A DNA stretch of 64,000 bases. Origin: Bdellovibrionota bacterium. GTDB taxonomy: Bacteria > Bdellovibrionota_C > UBA2361 > OMII01. Location of the stretch: NCBI GenBank assembly GCA_044345405.1, contig JBIJBE010000003.1:32001-96000 (forward strand), written 5' to 3'. A program made the position numbers and the translations under genes. Below the pieces are notes generated by a model. The model did not search any database. It was not told the DNA's origin and was given only the letters and a program-made list of their open reading frames with translations. Numbering within the stretch: position 1 is the first letter of the stretch; every line of letters starts with the position of its first letter. Positions 1 to 10,231 of the stretch are shown here, in pieces.

Positions 1-665
1 GTGAGGATCGGGGCTTTCAGATCGTGGGAGAGCATATAGGTAAACTCGTTTAGATCTTTATTGCGCTCCTCAACCTGTAGCTGATTCATAACGTGCGCCG
101 TGACATCGATAGTGATCGAGAGCGCGACGTACTCGTTCGAGGTGTTGTCGAGGATGGGCACGGTTCGGGTCTCTAGCCACAGCGTGATGCCTGATTTGTG
201 GTAGAAGCGGTAACGGCACTGAAAAGGCTCGCCGGTCGCGACGATGTGGAGCGATCGTTGAACGATCTCTCGGTCCTCATCTTGAACGTTCGCGGTGAGG
301 AAGGTGCTCTTGTTACGATAGATCTCCGAGAGGGGGAATCCGGTGAGGACCTCAGTGAAGGGGCTACACCACAGCACCGTTCCGTCGGCCTCATGAAGCA
401 TCACCGCCGCGGCTACGTTTTCGGTGAGGATCTTGTACCTGGTGCGATGATCCGTGTCGGATTGTCTTAGTTGCGCGACGAGGTGTTCCAGTTCACCCGC
501 TCTCTTTCCGATCACGGGAATCCATCGGAGAGGGCCAGAGAAACGGACGCGAGGGGTCTCCTCATCCGCTGACGTGACGATACGAGAGAGGTGAGTAAGC
601 GTCGCGATATACAACGCGGCGAGAGCGCATAGGAGTAACGCTAGTATCGCCGCGACGTAAATCAC
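1..665 (-). CDS. PAS-domain sensor histidine kinase, partial (runs off the left edge); absent from the ORF track
   Basis: Manual translation from GTG at 665, which overlaps the HDOD stop as GTGA: an N-terminal hydrophobic helix (VIYVAAILALLLCALAALYI), a PAS/PAC-like segment (YRFYHKSGITLWLETR...ITIDVT) and an H-box (LNEFTYMLSHDLKAPI). No stop before the edge. Confidence 0.9.
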   Translation of the reverse strand, partial: MIYVAAILALLLCALAALYIATLTHLSRIVTSADEETPRVRFSGPLRWIPVIGKRAGELEHLVAQLRQSDTDHRTRYKILTENVAAAVMLHEADGTVLWCSPFTEVLTGFPLSEIYRNKSTFLTANVQDEDREIVQRSLHIVATGEPFQCRYRFYHKSGITLWLETRTVPILDNTSNEYVALSITIDVTAHVMNQLQVEERNKDLNEFTYMLSHDLKAPIL

Positions 666-1588
666 CCATTGCTCCATGATTCGTAGAGGGAGCGCTCCTG
701 CTCGAACGCGGATGCCGCTCTGTCGAGAAGTTCCGCTTGTAAGGGCTCCGCGACCTCAAGGTGGTTCCACGCGTCAGGAAGCATCGGCTCGTAAATCCGT
801 CGCGCTTGATTGGCCTCCCGTCCAGCGCCGAGCGCGAGGGTATGCGCGATGATGTTAGCGGCTTTGACGAGGGCAACGACGGAGTCTTTCGGAATCTCCT
901 GCCAACTCTTGTGATGTTTACTGATCACCGCGGTGAGTTCGGGGGTGAAGTGCCATCGCTCCGCGATGAGGTGACCAACTTGGGTGTGATCGAACGGGTA
1001 CGCGACCGTTTCGCCATCGATCGATTGGAGTCCCTCTTCATATCCCTTCGTGACAACCTTTTCATAATTAGTTGTGTGTTGTTGCAACATGAAGAGCTTT
1101 CCGATGTCGTGCATCAGCCCTCCAAGGAAAGCCATATCCGCCTGGGCAGGACGGAGCGTGTTGGCGAGTGTGCGTGCGGTGATCGCGACCGCGATATCGT
1201 GCGCCCAGAAGAGGGCCCGTAGAGGATGACGAGTGGGGAAGAAGTTAGAGAGCGCGGTGGCGTTCATGAGGCACTGCAGCTCGGATATGCCGATAACGGT
1301 GACCGCGTCCGTAATAGTTTTACTGTCGGAGCCCCGGCTGTAGTAGACCGAGTTCGCTATCTTGAGTACGCGAGCAGAGAGGCCCTCGTCGTGCTCCACG
1401 ACCGCGATGTAATCTTCGGGCTCAGCGTTTGGTGAGGTCGCCAATTGAAAGGCCTGCTGAGCGACCTTCGGCATAATTGGCAGTGATTTGATCCCGAGGT
1501 AGCTGACGATAGATTGCCGCACCCCGTCCGCAAGGGTAGGGTGTCCCTCGTTCTGCTTTGATTTGCGCCCGAACAATTTTGATAGCAT
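662..1588 (-). CDS. HDOD domain signal-transduction protein
   Basis: Motifs LPIMP, D.GLSARVLKIANS.YY, GLMHDIGK and DHTQVG..IAERW.F are typical of HDOD. Confidence 0.9.
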   Translation of the reverse strand: MLSKLFGRKSKQNEGHPTLADGVRQSIVSYLGIKSLPIMPKVAQQAFQLATSPNAEPEDYIAVVEHDEGLSARVLKIANSVYYSRGSDSKTITDAVTVIGISELQCLMNATALSNFFPTRHPLRALFWAHDIAVAITARTLANTLRPAQADMAFLGGLMHDIGKLFMLQQHTTNYEKVVTKGYEEGLQSIDGETVAYPFDHTQVGHLIAERWHFTPELTAVISKHHKSWQEIPKDSVVALVKAANIIAHTLALGAGREANQARRIYEPMLPDAWNHLEVAEPLQAELLDRAASAFEQERSLYESWSNG

Positions 1589-1830
1589 AACCCTCTAATA
1601 AGATGACGCTTTCCTTGCGGTCGGTGCCCGTTTCGATCGTACGCCGGGTTTCCCTCCGCGGTGGCTTACTGATACCGTGGGGTATCGGCACTCCCTCCTC
1701 CCTGATGAACGATTCGGCGCTGAGGGGATGGCGATGGAGCGGTAAGGCTAAGTGCCCTGGTTTTTTCAAGAATTTGCGTTAGAACCGGGGCACGGGTAGT
1801 ATAGACCGATTAAGAAAGGGCCATTCGATT

Positions 1831-3195
1831 ATGCATACCCTCGCGAACCCTCACAGCTTTCAGGACGCAACCACCGCAAATCAACTCGTGTTAGTTGTTG
1901 ATGATGAGGCGAGTATCCGCCGTTCCCTTGAGGGAGTCTTGAAGGACGAGGGTTTCTCGGTCGTTCTCGCAGAGGATGGGGAGTCGGCCATTCGCATTCT
2001 CATGAATACACGACCAGCCCTCGTGCTTCTCGACATCTGGATGCCGGGGATGGATGGTCTCGAGACCTTACGAAAGATCAAAGAGATCCATCAGGATCTT
2101 CCCGTTGTGATGATCAGCGGTCACGCCACGATCTCAACGGCCGTTGCCGCGACACGACTCGGGGCGATGGACTTCCTTGAGAAGCCACTCGATCTCTCTG
2201 GGACTATTCAACTCGTTCGTCGCGTTCTCAACCAAGCTGAAACGCCAGACTCTGACAATGAGCCCCGATGGGAGGCTATAGAGCCGGCATCTGTTGGACC
2301 CCTTCGTGAGTCCGTAACGATCAACCCTGTGGTCTTCACGAAGCAGACCCTGCGTGGTCGAGCGATGCCTCAAAAAACCCTCGCGCACGCCGCGATCTTG
2401 TACGGTCAGGGACTTCACTCCGGTCGTAAGAGCGGACTTATCCTTGAGCCACTTCCGCCGAACTCTGGTATCCACTTTGTTGGCGTTTCAGAGACCACCG
2501 TTGTTCCAGCGCACGTCGACTTCGTTGAGTCCACCGGATTCGCGACCACCGTTCGCCTGGGTCAGACCCAAGCGGGCACGATTGAACACCTTATGTCCGC
2601 GCTCTGCGCCTACGGCATCTCGAACGTTCTCATCAAGTGTAACGGTGAGGTTCCCGTAATGGACGGCTCGGCGCGTGAGTTCTGCCGCCTCTTTGAAGAG
2701 GTAGGTTTGAGCGAGCAGGACGGCGAGTGGTACGAGATCGATATCAAGAAGGTTATCGAGGTAGGGGATGGGAAAGAGTCCATCCGTATCGAGCCAGCTG
2801 ATGAGTTCAGCGTCGATTACACCCTTCGCTATCCTGAGCCGGTTGGCGAGCAGCAGTTCTCATTCACCTTAACTGACTCCGCTTCCTACCGAGATCAGAT
2901 CTCAGCCGCGAGAACCTTTAGTTTCGTGAAGGATGTAGGACACCTCCAACGTCAAGGGCTCGCGCTCGGTGGTCGTTTCGATAACTTCCTTCTGATCGGT
3001 ACCGAAGGCGCTATTAACGATGAGTGGCGCTATCCAAATGAGCCGGTGCGTCACAAGGTCTTGGACGCTATCGGTGACCTCTTCCTTCTTGGACGGCGTT
3101 TGCGTGGAAAGGTCACGGCTCGAATGACCGGTCACTCTGACAATATCGCGATCCTTAAGAAGGTTCGTGATGAGTTGATGCGAGCGGGGAGCTAG
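1831..3195 (+). CDS. lpxC: Response-regulator receiver domain fused to UDP-3-O-acyl-GlcNAc deacetylase LpxC
   Basis: N-terminal VLVVDDE...LLDIWMPGMDG...MISGH...FLEKP is an NtrX-like receiver. C-terminal GQGLHSG, TIEHLMSAL, ARTF, HKVLDAIGDL and GH are the LpxC Zn/catalytic motifs. Confidence 0.92.
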   Translation: MHTLANPHSFQDATTANQLVLVVDDEASIRRSLEGVLKDEGFSVVLAEDGESAIRILMNTRPALVLLDIWMPGMDGLETLRKIKEIHQDLPVVMISGHATISTAVAATRLGAMDFLEKPLDLSGTIQLVRRVLNQAETPDSDNEPRWEAIEPASVGPLRESVTINPVVFTKQTLRGRAMPQKTLAHAAILYGQGLHSGRKSGLILEPLPPNSGIHFVGVSETTVVPAHVDFVESTGFATTVRLGQTQAGTIEHLMSALCAYGISNVLIKCNGEVPVMDGSAREFCRLFEEVGLSEQDGEWYEIDIKKVIEVGDGKESIRIEPADEFSVDYTLRYPEPVGEQQFSFTLTDSASYRDQISAARTFSFVKDVGHLQRQGLALGGRFDNFLLIGTEGAINDEWRYPNEPVRHKVLDAIGDLFLLGRRLRGKVTARMTGHSDNIAILKKVRDELMRAGS

Positions 3196-3219
3196 TCTCG
3201 TCTGTCGATAGCAAGAGAA

Positions 3220-3252
3220 AAGGCCACCACTACTCCTCGTAGTGGTGGCCTT
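3220..3252. terminator. Hairpin between convergent genes, probable bidirectional terminator
   Basis: aaggccaccacta-ctcctcg-tagtggtggcctt forms a 13-bp perfect stem. Confidence 0.7.
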
Positions 3253-3275
3253 CGTCATTTTTCAGGGATGTCGAC

Positions 3276-3617
3276 CTAGCAGAAGTTGCTGGTCTCTTCG
3301 TCGGTAAGTCCGTCCTCGTTGGTCGAGATAGCGGTAAGGATCGCCTTAGCGTCATCTCTAATCATCGCGGAGAGGCTGTTAATCAAGGTTACGTGACGAG
3401 TAACCTCATCCCAGTTTTTGGAAGCGATCGCCTCACACAGCGCTACCGCGAGTGTGCGTTGCTTCGACAAGATGGTGTCGTATGACTCGAGGCGCCGTAC
3501 AACTCCCTCAGGAACAGAGTCTCGAGTCTTGAAGGTCTGTCGAGCCTTCGTGATCGCGCCCTCAAGCTCAGTGAATGAAGCGAAGAGTTTTTCGATAATC
3601 TTTGGTTCCATGGTCAT
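3276..3617 (-). CDS. Small helical hypothetical protein
   Basis: 113-aa ORF with a GGAG SD upstream and amphipathic helical composition. Confidence 0.7.
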   Translation of the reverse strand: MTMEPKIIEKLFASFTELEGAITKARQTFKTRDSVPEGVVRRLESYDTILSKQRTLAVALCEAIASKNWDEVTRHVTLINSLSAMIRDDAKAILTAISTNEDGLTDEETSNFC

Positions 3618-4124
3618 AGTCTCCCTGAAAAATGTACTTCTCGAAATCCGTGTTACGTACCGCAGCTCGAATTTCCTTATTGGACTATCTGACGGCGGGG
3701 CGCTTCCTCGCTCGTCGTCGGAAGGTGAACCCGAAGGTCTCTCAACCGAGTATCTGCCCTGTTATTACGAAATCGGGCTACCTTGTCGCATTTCCCAAAC
3801 GGAACTACCGAGTCCCCTCGAAAGGGGCGCAAGAGGGCGTTAGAGGCCCGCAGTAAGCCCCTCAAAAGTCTCGCTACTCCGATAGTGATTCCCATCAAGA
3901 TCGTGTCTAAAGTTCTCATCTGTTCTGGCCTCCAACCTGGCAGATAAACGGTTTTGATTGGATACCAGTGCAAAGATGTTGCCAGGTTGTAAGGACCTGA
4001 TTTTACAGCGCCTTTTTAGAGGCCCTTATCCTCCGCAGTAGGAGATCGGGCGACTCTTCAGTAGAATAGAGGAGTTAGCCCTGTTTCGATCCACGACACC
4101 TGTCTAGCTTGAGAACACCTCCCC

Positions 4125-5312
4125 ATGACCATCCCGCCGAGTGACCAAACCCCCGTTGCTGAGCCAGCTCCGGCTGCGGCGTGGGAGCGGTGCGAGGTGA
4201 TCGATGATGGGGACCGCTTTTTTACAGCGCTTGAGGCCGCAATCGATGCGGCAACCGTGAGCGTTGATGTCGAGTTTTACATCTTCTCCACGGACCAGAC
4301 GGGGCAACGGTTCTTTGAGGTTCTCACTCGCGCGGCTCGGAGGGGTGTGGTGGTTCGTCTTCTGATTGATGGTATCGGCTCAACCGGCTTCGCTCGTAGT
4401 TACCGGGAGCGCGCGAAGGCAGCTGGAATTCTCGTTCGAGTGTTTCACGAACCTCCGTGGGAGCGGTGGCGGTGGTGGCAGCGGCGTCGAGGAGGGGTGG
4501 AGAGGAGGTCGACCTGGCGCCGAGTATTTCGTCGCCTTAATCATCGCAATCATCGAAAGCTCTGTATTATCGATGGCCGGACCGCGTTCGTTGGAAGTTT
4601 TAATGTGACGCGGTATCACCTCGCCTCTGAGATGGGTACGGCGGCGTGGCGAGATACCGGTGTCATCGTTGAGGGATCAGAGATCTCACTACTTCGTAAT
4701 ACCTTCGAGGATATCTGGATCGGAAAGTTCCAACGCCTGAAGCGCAAGATCCGACGAAAACGATTGAAGACCAGCCCGCTCGTTAGATTAAATGTGACCG
4801 GAAAGCAACGGCGGGAGAACTACCTCGATCTCTTGGTGAGACTTCTTCGCGCGCGACAGCGAATTTGGATAACGAACGCTTACTTCGTTCCGGATGGTTC
4901 ATTACTTCGGGTGCTCTCAGTGGTGGCTCGAGAGGGGATAGATGTGCGAATACTCGTGCCCGGTTTCTCTGACGTCGTGTTTATTCCTTGGATAACCTCA
5001 GCTTTCCATTTCGGTCTCCTCTCCGCTGGGGTTAAAATATTCGAATACCGCGGCTCGGTGCTGCACGCGAAGACGATGGTGATCGATGAGTGGGGGCTGA
5101 TAGGCTCAAGCAACCTCAATCATAGAAGTCTGTTGCACGACCTTGAGGCGGATATCGTGGTAACGGATAAGGGTTCGCTCAAGAGTTTGAGCGATCAGTT
5201 CGTGACGGATCTCGGTCGCTCCGTCGAAGTGACCCTTGATAATTGGCGTCAACGTCCGTTTATTGAGAGGTTGCTCGGTCGGGTTCTTCTCTGGTTTAGG
5301 TATGTTCTGTAA
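4125..5312 (+). CDS. Cardiolipin synthase (ClsB-like phospholipase D family)
   Basis: Two HKD motifs (NHRKLCIID and LHAKTMVID...GSSNL); adjacent to a YbhP-like gene. Confidence 0.9.
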   Translation: MTIPPSDQTPVAEPAPAAAWERCEVIDDGDRFFTALEAAIDAATVSVDVEFYIFSTDQTGQRFFEVLTRAARRGVVVRLLIDGIGSTGFARSYRERAKAAGILVRVFHEPPWERWRWWQRRRGGVERRSTWRRVFRRLNHRNHRKLCIIDGRTAFVGSFNVTRYHLASEMGTAAWRDTGVIVEGSEISLLRNTFEDIWIGKFQRLKRKIRRKRLKTSPLVRLNVTGKQRRENYLDLLVRLLRARQRIWITNAYFVPDGSLLRVLSVVAREGIDVRILVPGFSDVVFIPWITSAFHFGLLSAGVKIFEYRGSVLHAKTMVIDEWGLIGSSNLNHRSLLHDLEADIVVTDKGSLKSLSDQFVTDLGRSVEVTLDNWRQRPFIERLLGRVLLWFRYVL

Positions 5313-5320
5313 CGACACGC

Positions 5321-6082
5321 ATGGTCGATACCAGGGTTCTCAAAATTCTCTCCTATAACATTCACAAAGGGCTCGGCCTTGGTAATCGCGCGTTTACGCT
5401 CCCACGGATTCGGGAATCCCTTCAAGCACTCCAGCCCGACATCGTCTTCTTGCAAGAGGTTCTCGGGCAACACGATAAGCACGCCAACCGTTTTCAGGGG
5501 TGGCCAACGCTCTCGCAGAGCGATTTCCTCGCTGAGGCAGGATGGCCCCACGCCGCGTACGGTAAAAACGCGGTCTACTCGCACGGACATCACGGCAACG
5601 CTATCTTGAGTAAGTATCCGATCGTTGAGTACGAGAATATCGATGTCTCAACGAACGCCTTTGAGTCCCGAGGGATCCTTCACGCGGTTATCAAAGTCCC
5701 GTGGAGTGAGGTTCCCGTTCACTGTATCTGTGTCCACCTCAATATGCTTCGTCGTGGACGTGACGCGCAGCTCAAGCATCTCTGCCGACGGGTGATGCGG
5801 AGTGTTAGTGAAGCGGAGCCCCTAATCGTCGCGGGCGATTTTAATGATTGGCAAGAGAGCGCCACAAAGCAGCTCTTCGATGATATCGGGGTGCATGAGG
5901 TATTTCACACCTTACGTGGAGCGCACGCGCCGACCTTTCCGAGTAGGTTTCCCGTGCTACGGCTCGATCGGGTGTATGCCCGCGGGGTGAAGGCGCTTGG
6001 TGGCGAGATCCTAAACGGCCCCCCGTGGACCGATCTCTCAGATCACGCGCCGCTCTTGGCGCAGTTAGAGATAGAGATTTAG
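5321..6082 (+). CDS. Endonuclease/exonuclease/phosphatase family protein (YbhP-like)
   Basis: SYNIHKG, LQEV, GNAILS, AGDFNDW, LDRVY and SDHAPL motifs. Confidence 0.9.
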   Translation: MVDTRVLKILSYNIHKGLGLGNRAFTLPRIRESLQALQPDIVFLQEVLGQHDKHANRFQGWPTLSQSDFLAEAGWPHAAYGKNAVYSHGHHGNAILSKYPIVEYENIDVSTNAFESRGILHAVIKVPWSEVPVHCICVHLNMLRRGRDAQLKHLCRRVMRSVSEAEPLIVAGDFNDWQESATKQLFDDIGVHEVFHTLRGAHAPTFPSRFPVLRLDRVYARGVKALGGEILNGPPWTDLSDHAPLLAQLEIEI

Positions 6083-6231
6083 AACCTAATAGCCTCGGTA
6101 TTTGACTCCTTTCGAACCTCCTCGTACCGTACCGGCGGAATATGGGTAGATGGTGACTTCTGGTCGACGACGTGAGCTCAACGTTCACGCCGTCGGCTGG
6201 TGTCGATGGTTTTTCACACGGGAGGTTTTCC

Positions 6232-6699
6232 ATGAGTCGATTCGTGAGTGTCACGATGGTCCTAGGCGCCTTGGGATTCGGCATGACCGCGCCGCAATCC
6301 GTAACGCCCCTCAAACAGCAGGACCTGGAGGAGGGGATAGAGGAGGTGCGACGCGCGATGAGCGATGTCGCGACAACGCTCTCCCGGATTCAGCGCGATG
6401 CTATCAATGACGAAGAGGTCTTCTTCGAGGGGCAACGTCGTCGTTTGCGAGGTATTCTGGCGCTCGTTCGATGTGTCGAAACGGTGAATGACGGTATGCC
6501 GCCCTCTCGCGATAAAGCGACGGTGGCGATATGCCTTCGCGCGGTGTCTGGGGAGATATCGCAGGCCGTGAGCGGTATTCGTTCGCTGGAGAGCGCCAAC
6601 GACCACGGTCATCGTTTGCTCACCTCGAAGGCGTTCGCCCCCTTAGACGCTACCCGCGCTCAACCAAAGCTGAGCGTTGGGGAATCTATCGTTCCGTAA
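6232..6699 (+). CDS. Hypothetical exported/helical protein
   Basis: ATG at 6232 after GGAGG; hydrophobic N-terminus. Confidence 0.5.
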   Translation: MSRFVSVTMVLGALGFGMTAPQSVTPLKQQDLEEGIEEVRRAMSDVATTLSRIQRDAINDEEVFFEGQRRRLRGILALVRCVETVNDGMPPSRDKATVAICLRAVSGEISQAVSGIRSLESANDHGHRLLTSKAFAPLDATRAQPKLSVGESIVP

Positions 6700-6780
6700 C
6701 TGAACTACAACTTCAGATGGACGACGGCATGTTTACGAAGGTTATCCTCGACACCATGCCGTCGTTCCATCGCGGCACAT

Positions 6781-7590
6781 TTATACGATCGTATAGTTCT
6801 TGAACTTGGCCGGCTTCACGCTCAAGTTGTGTCCCGCTGTGAAGGCGCGCACGAGTTTGAGGGCATCGTCGTTCCAGAATGCGCCGCTCTGCACATCATA
6901 CGGTCCCACGATCTCAGCGTCTACCTTTCCTGGTCGACGGTACGAGAGTCGAATGGTCTCCTCCATGTTGTCTTTGTTGAGTCGGCTAATGGTAATCGAG
7001 TTGTCTCCATCTCGAGCGACGATCTTGAAGGCGGGCTGCTCTTTCGAGTGGGCGAAGCGTTCGATCGCCGCAAAGAGGGCTTCGTGTGTCGGAATCTTCC
7101 CCACCTTTTCGGTTGGAACGCTCGCGAGCACGAGTGGTCGAGGGGTGTCCTTTGTTCGCTCAAAGGTCTTTCCCTCGTACTTGCTTCGGATGGCGTTGAC
7201 CTTCGGTTGAATCACCTTTTCCGTAAACCTACGGATCTGTTTCAGGTTATCTGAGAGTTGTTTCTCAAGTTGTTCGCGGGTTGGCGCGAGAGTGTCCTTG
7301 GGCCCGAACTTCGCGGAGAGCCACGCCGCGCATCGAGCGAAAAATCCCTTCGGTTCCTCATAGGAGAGCGCCGCGATCTGTTCCCGCAGCTCGGCGTTGG
7401 TGCGTCTCATATCCTCAAGGGACTTGAGAGGAATCTTAAGCTGTGAGCCGATTCTCTCGATCTTTTTGTACTCCTCTTGCGAAAGAGGCATGACACTCGC
7501 GGTGGCGAGGCGACGAGCGCTTGATGAATCGCCTGGTCCTGGAGCGTCTCGTTTGGATGCTGGTCCTGCTGCTAGTTGTGAAGATGTCAT
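6781..7590 (-). CDS. Hypothetical protein (coiled-coil, low-complexity N-terminus)
   Basis: 269-aa ORF with a G-rich SD; no recognisable family. Confidence 0.65.
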   Translation of the reverse strand: MTSSQLAAGPASKRDAPGPGDSSSARRLATASVMPLSQEEYKKIERIGSQLKIPLKSLEDMRRTNAELREQIAALSYEEPKGFFARCAAWLSAKFGPKDTLAPTREQLEKQLSDNLKQIRRFTEKVIQPKVNAIRSKYEGKTFERTKDTPRPLVLASVPTEKVGKIPTHEALFAAIERFAHSKEQPAFKIVARDGDNSITISRLNKDNMEETIRLSYRRPGKVDAEIVGPYDVQSGAFWNDDALKLVRAFTAGHNLSVKPAKFKNYTIV

Positions 7591-7821
7591 GGATTCCCCC
7601 CGGTTTCCTTAGTCGTAGGTACTATGAATCGGAACGCTACTCAAATTGTTTCGTCCTGGTGGTGAGGGTGCTGAACTGCTCTATGATATCCGTTTCCGGC
7701 CGGTAGGATATGAAAGCGACAGCAGTGCCCCTGGCGGAGGACACGACTAACTCCGCGGTTTTCCAAGACTCTCGAAACGGGGAGGGAAGGGTGGTTGGGG
7801 AGGGGGGTAGTTACCGTTCCT

Positions 7822-8361
7822 TTATTTTATTGCTTCGCATATAGCGGTCTCAAAGTCATTTAACTCCTCACCAACCGCGCGGTGATGGCTATCGACTCCT
7901 CGCAGCTCGGCCCAATCAGAGACTCGAGGCATACATCGGTAGACCCTGCGAAATCCGGCGAGCGACATCACTATCTGCGGTAATTCCCATGTCCACGCTG
8001 ATTGATGGCCGTATCCGAGAAGGACCGCGCGTCCGGCTCCGATCGGGCTTGCGTCACCGAGACCGCGCTCGTGCGCGAGATTGAAATATCCGGTGCTTTG
8101 ACCGAAGAAAACCTTTTCGACGGATGGAACGCACACGCGAAGCACTCCGTTGGGGCGGAGGATCCGCCTGCATTCGTCAAAGAACCTGAGTGCATCGGCG
8201 GAGCTGATGTGTTCAACGACGTGCTCCGCGAGTATGCAATCGACAACGTTATCGTCGTACGGTAGGCGGGCGCGGATGTCCACCTCGCTGTCGTGGTTGG
8301 TCCATCCTTCGAGTGGATTACCTCCGGATCCGAATTGAATTTTCAAAAGGGGCCTATTCAT
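7822..8361 (-). CDS. Class I SAM-dependent methyltransferase (type 11-like)
   Basis: QFGSG...GWTNHD, LPYDD..VD.I.AEHVVEH and RILRPNGVLR..VP motifs. Start at 8361 overlaps the upstream stop. Confidence 0.82.
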   Translation of the reverse strand: MNRPLLKIQFGSGGNPLEGWTNHDSEVDIRARLPYDDNVVDCILAEHVVEHISSADALRFFDECRRILRPNGVLRVCVPSVEKVFFGQSTGYFNLAHERGLGDASPIGAGRAVLLGYGHQSAWTWELPQIVMSLAGFRRVYRCMPRVSDWAELRGVDSHHRAVGEELNDFETAICEAIK

Positions 8362-9271
8362 TCGCCTCCGGGGGATCGTAGGTGAATGTGAACGAGAGGT
8401 CCTTTCCAAGCGAGCGTTTGGCGAACATGCTGAGCTCGAGCGATAGGTGCTTCTCCGCTGCCTCTCGTTGTTCCAACCGTGCGTCGCGATAGGCTACCTG
8501 TCCATTCAACGTTAGCTTCGGAGTAAGGTAGTCCTCAGAGACGTAGACATTTCGGAGGAGGTACATCGCGCACGGATATCCGTTGTGTCTAGCGACTCGG
8601 CACGCGAAGCCTATAAAGGCATCCTCCGCGCCGTATCCACCAAGTGATTCGGGAATGCCCGTGAAGCTCAGAAGCTCCTTGGAGTAGAGGTTCATCCACC
8701 CAGTTCCAAATTTGGTTTCTTCGACTGGGACCGCGAAGATCTCCTGTGGCATTTGTCGTCTCGTCTCATCCGGTGAGTGAGTTAGGTAATATCCGAGAGG
8801 TTTGGTGAGGAAGTCAGGATGAACGAGCATGTCCCACGTCTCGTCCCATAGTCGAGGCACCGGAGGAGCGAGCATGTATCGTCCAGAGAGTTTATACGAC
8901 ATGTCGAGGAGCCCTTTAAGGAGATGCGGGGGGAATGCGATGTCAGGATCCGCGAAGATAAACTGATCGCAGTCGAGCGCTAGGCATTCACGCTTTTGTT
9001 GGGTCGTGCCCGCGAGGGAGTCGTCCTCCCGGATCTCGTAGTTGGCCGGAAGCCCCTCCATGAGCTGGCGAAATCTCTCCATGAAGTAGGTCGGAGTGAG
9101 GGAGCTTTTGCTCCAATCGATCAGGCGTGGATTAAGGTTCAGTGAGGCGCGAAGGGTTACTCGGTCGAGGGGAGTGAGAAATGACAAACTACGTCGAAAG
9201 TCGTCTATCCACCGTTCGAAGAGGCCGAACTCGGGGGGCATGACGTGAATGCAGATGAGGGTCCGTTTCAT
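8354..9271 (-). CDS. GT-A fold glycosyltransferase-like protein
   Basis: FIFADPDIAF (DxD) and LGGYGAEDAF motifs. Confidence 0.65.
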   Translation of the reverse strand: MKRTLICIHVMPPEFGLFERWIDDFRRSLSFLTPLDRVTLRASLNLNPRLIDWSKSSLTPTYFMERFRQLMEGLPANYEIREDDSLAGTTQQKRECLALDCDQFIFADPDIAFPPHLLKGLLDMSYKLSGRYMLAPPVPRLWDETWDMLVHPDFLTKPLGYYLTHSPDETRRQMPQEIFAVPVEETKFGTGWMNLYSKELLSFTGIPESLGGYGAEDAFIGFACRVARHNGYPCAMYLLRNVYVSEDYLTPKLTLNGQVAYRDARLEQREAAEKHLSLELSMFAKRSLGKDLSFTFTYDPPEANE

Positions 9272-9454
9272 GGGCTTGTGAAATGATTCGAGTGAGCGCT
9301 AGGCGCTTCTTTTGGTTCACCTTTACGTCTTCACTATCGGCATAGTGGCGGGGAATATGAATGGCGAGATGGGGACTCCCCGATTTGAGAAGGGATTTGA
9401 TGGCGTTGGTGATGGGGTAAGTGTTTGATGTTTGGAGGGGGCCTTGCCATTTCC

Positions 9455-9553
9455 GGCGACCGTGATCCCCCTTCGCCAAGGCTTCGGGGGACAAGCTGGT
9501 CGCCCTCCGGTTGTGCGACCCGTGACATCGGAGGGCGCGCATTCCTGCGCGCC
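9455..9553. repeat. REP-like hairpin pair with a nested mini-element
   Basis: ggcgacc[36-nt filled loop]ggtcgccctcc at 9455-9508 and ggag-ggcgcgc-attcct-gcgcgcc at 9530-9553. Confidence 0.8.
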
Positions 9554-9583
9554 ACCTGCATGTTTGTTCGGATGTTTATATTG

Positions 9584-10231
9584 CTACAACGCCGCCGGCT
9601 TAATAACCCTCAAATGCCCATTCAACGCGACCCGTTCCTTAAGCGCCTTATTATGAATCGCCTGCGGAATGGATCTTCGATAAAAGGCGATCAGGAACTC
9701 TAGCCTCATCCGCTCGCTTCGCATCTCAAGGAGCTCCTGTCGTTCGATGTCGGTGAGCCCCGCGTTGTGACCGAGCAAAAATGACACGAGGTCGTGCGCC
9801 TCGTACAACGGTACCTCGACCTTCTCCGTGGTTAGCTCAACAAGCTTCGTATGAAGGGAGGACGCCACGTTCGCGAGCCGTCCATCCGGGAACGCGTCGT
9901 CATCGTAGAAACCAACGATCGCCTGCGGGTAGGCGCGACCGGAAACGAAGCGTTGAACAAAGAAGCGTCGTGTTCCCCGCGCGAGTATGTCGATCGACCC
10001 GTCCGAATATCTTTTCAGTACCCGATCCACGATTACGCAACATCCGACCTCGGCGTTGTCCTTGTCGGTCGCGAAGAGGATTCCAAATTCCCGTTTGCCA
10101 CGTTCCCCGCTCTCATCGAGACAGTCCCGAATCATCGCCTTGTATCGGGGCTCATAGATTCGAAACGGGATCCGTTCACCGGGAAATAGCACGAAGGTCA
10201 GCGCGAAGATCGGTAGGGGCTGGGCGGGCAT
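9584..10231 (-). CDS. Lon protease N-terminal substrate-binding domain protein (stand-alone)
   Basis: LPIF....VLFPGE..P.RIYEPRY..M..DC, G..DI...G..RF and ERQELLE...RL motifs. Confidence 0.88.
   Translation of the reverse strand: MPAQPLPIFALTFVLFPGERIPFRIYEPRYKAMIRDCLDESGERGKREFGILFATDKDNAEVGCCVIVDRVLKRYSDGSIDILARGTRRFFVQRFVSGRAYPQAIVGFYDDDAFPDGRLANVASSLHTKLVELTTEKVEVPLYEAHDLVSFLLGHNAGLTDIERQELLEMRSERMRLEFLIAFYRRSIPQAIHNKALKERVALNGHLRVIKPAAL

Noticed and set aside
173-876. Short ORFs 173-394, 198-470 and 562-876
   Set aside because: They overlap the PAS histidine kinase frame (1-665, minus) or HDOD, which have clear motifs.
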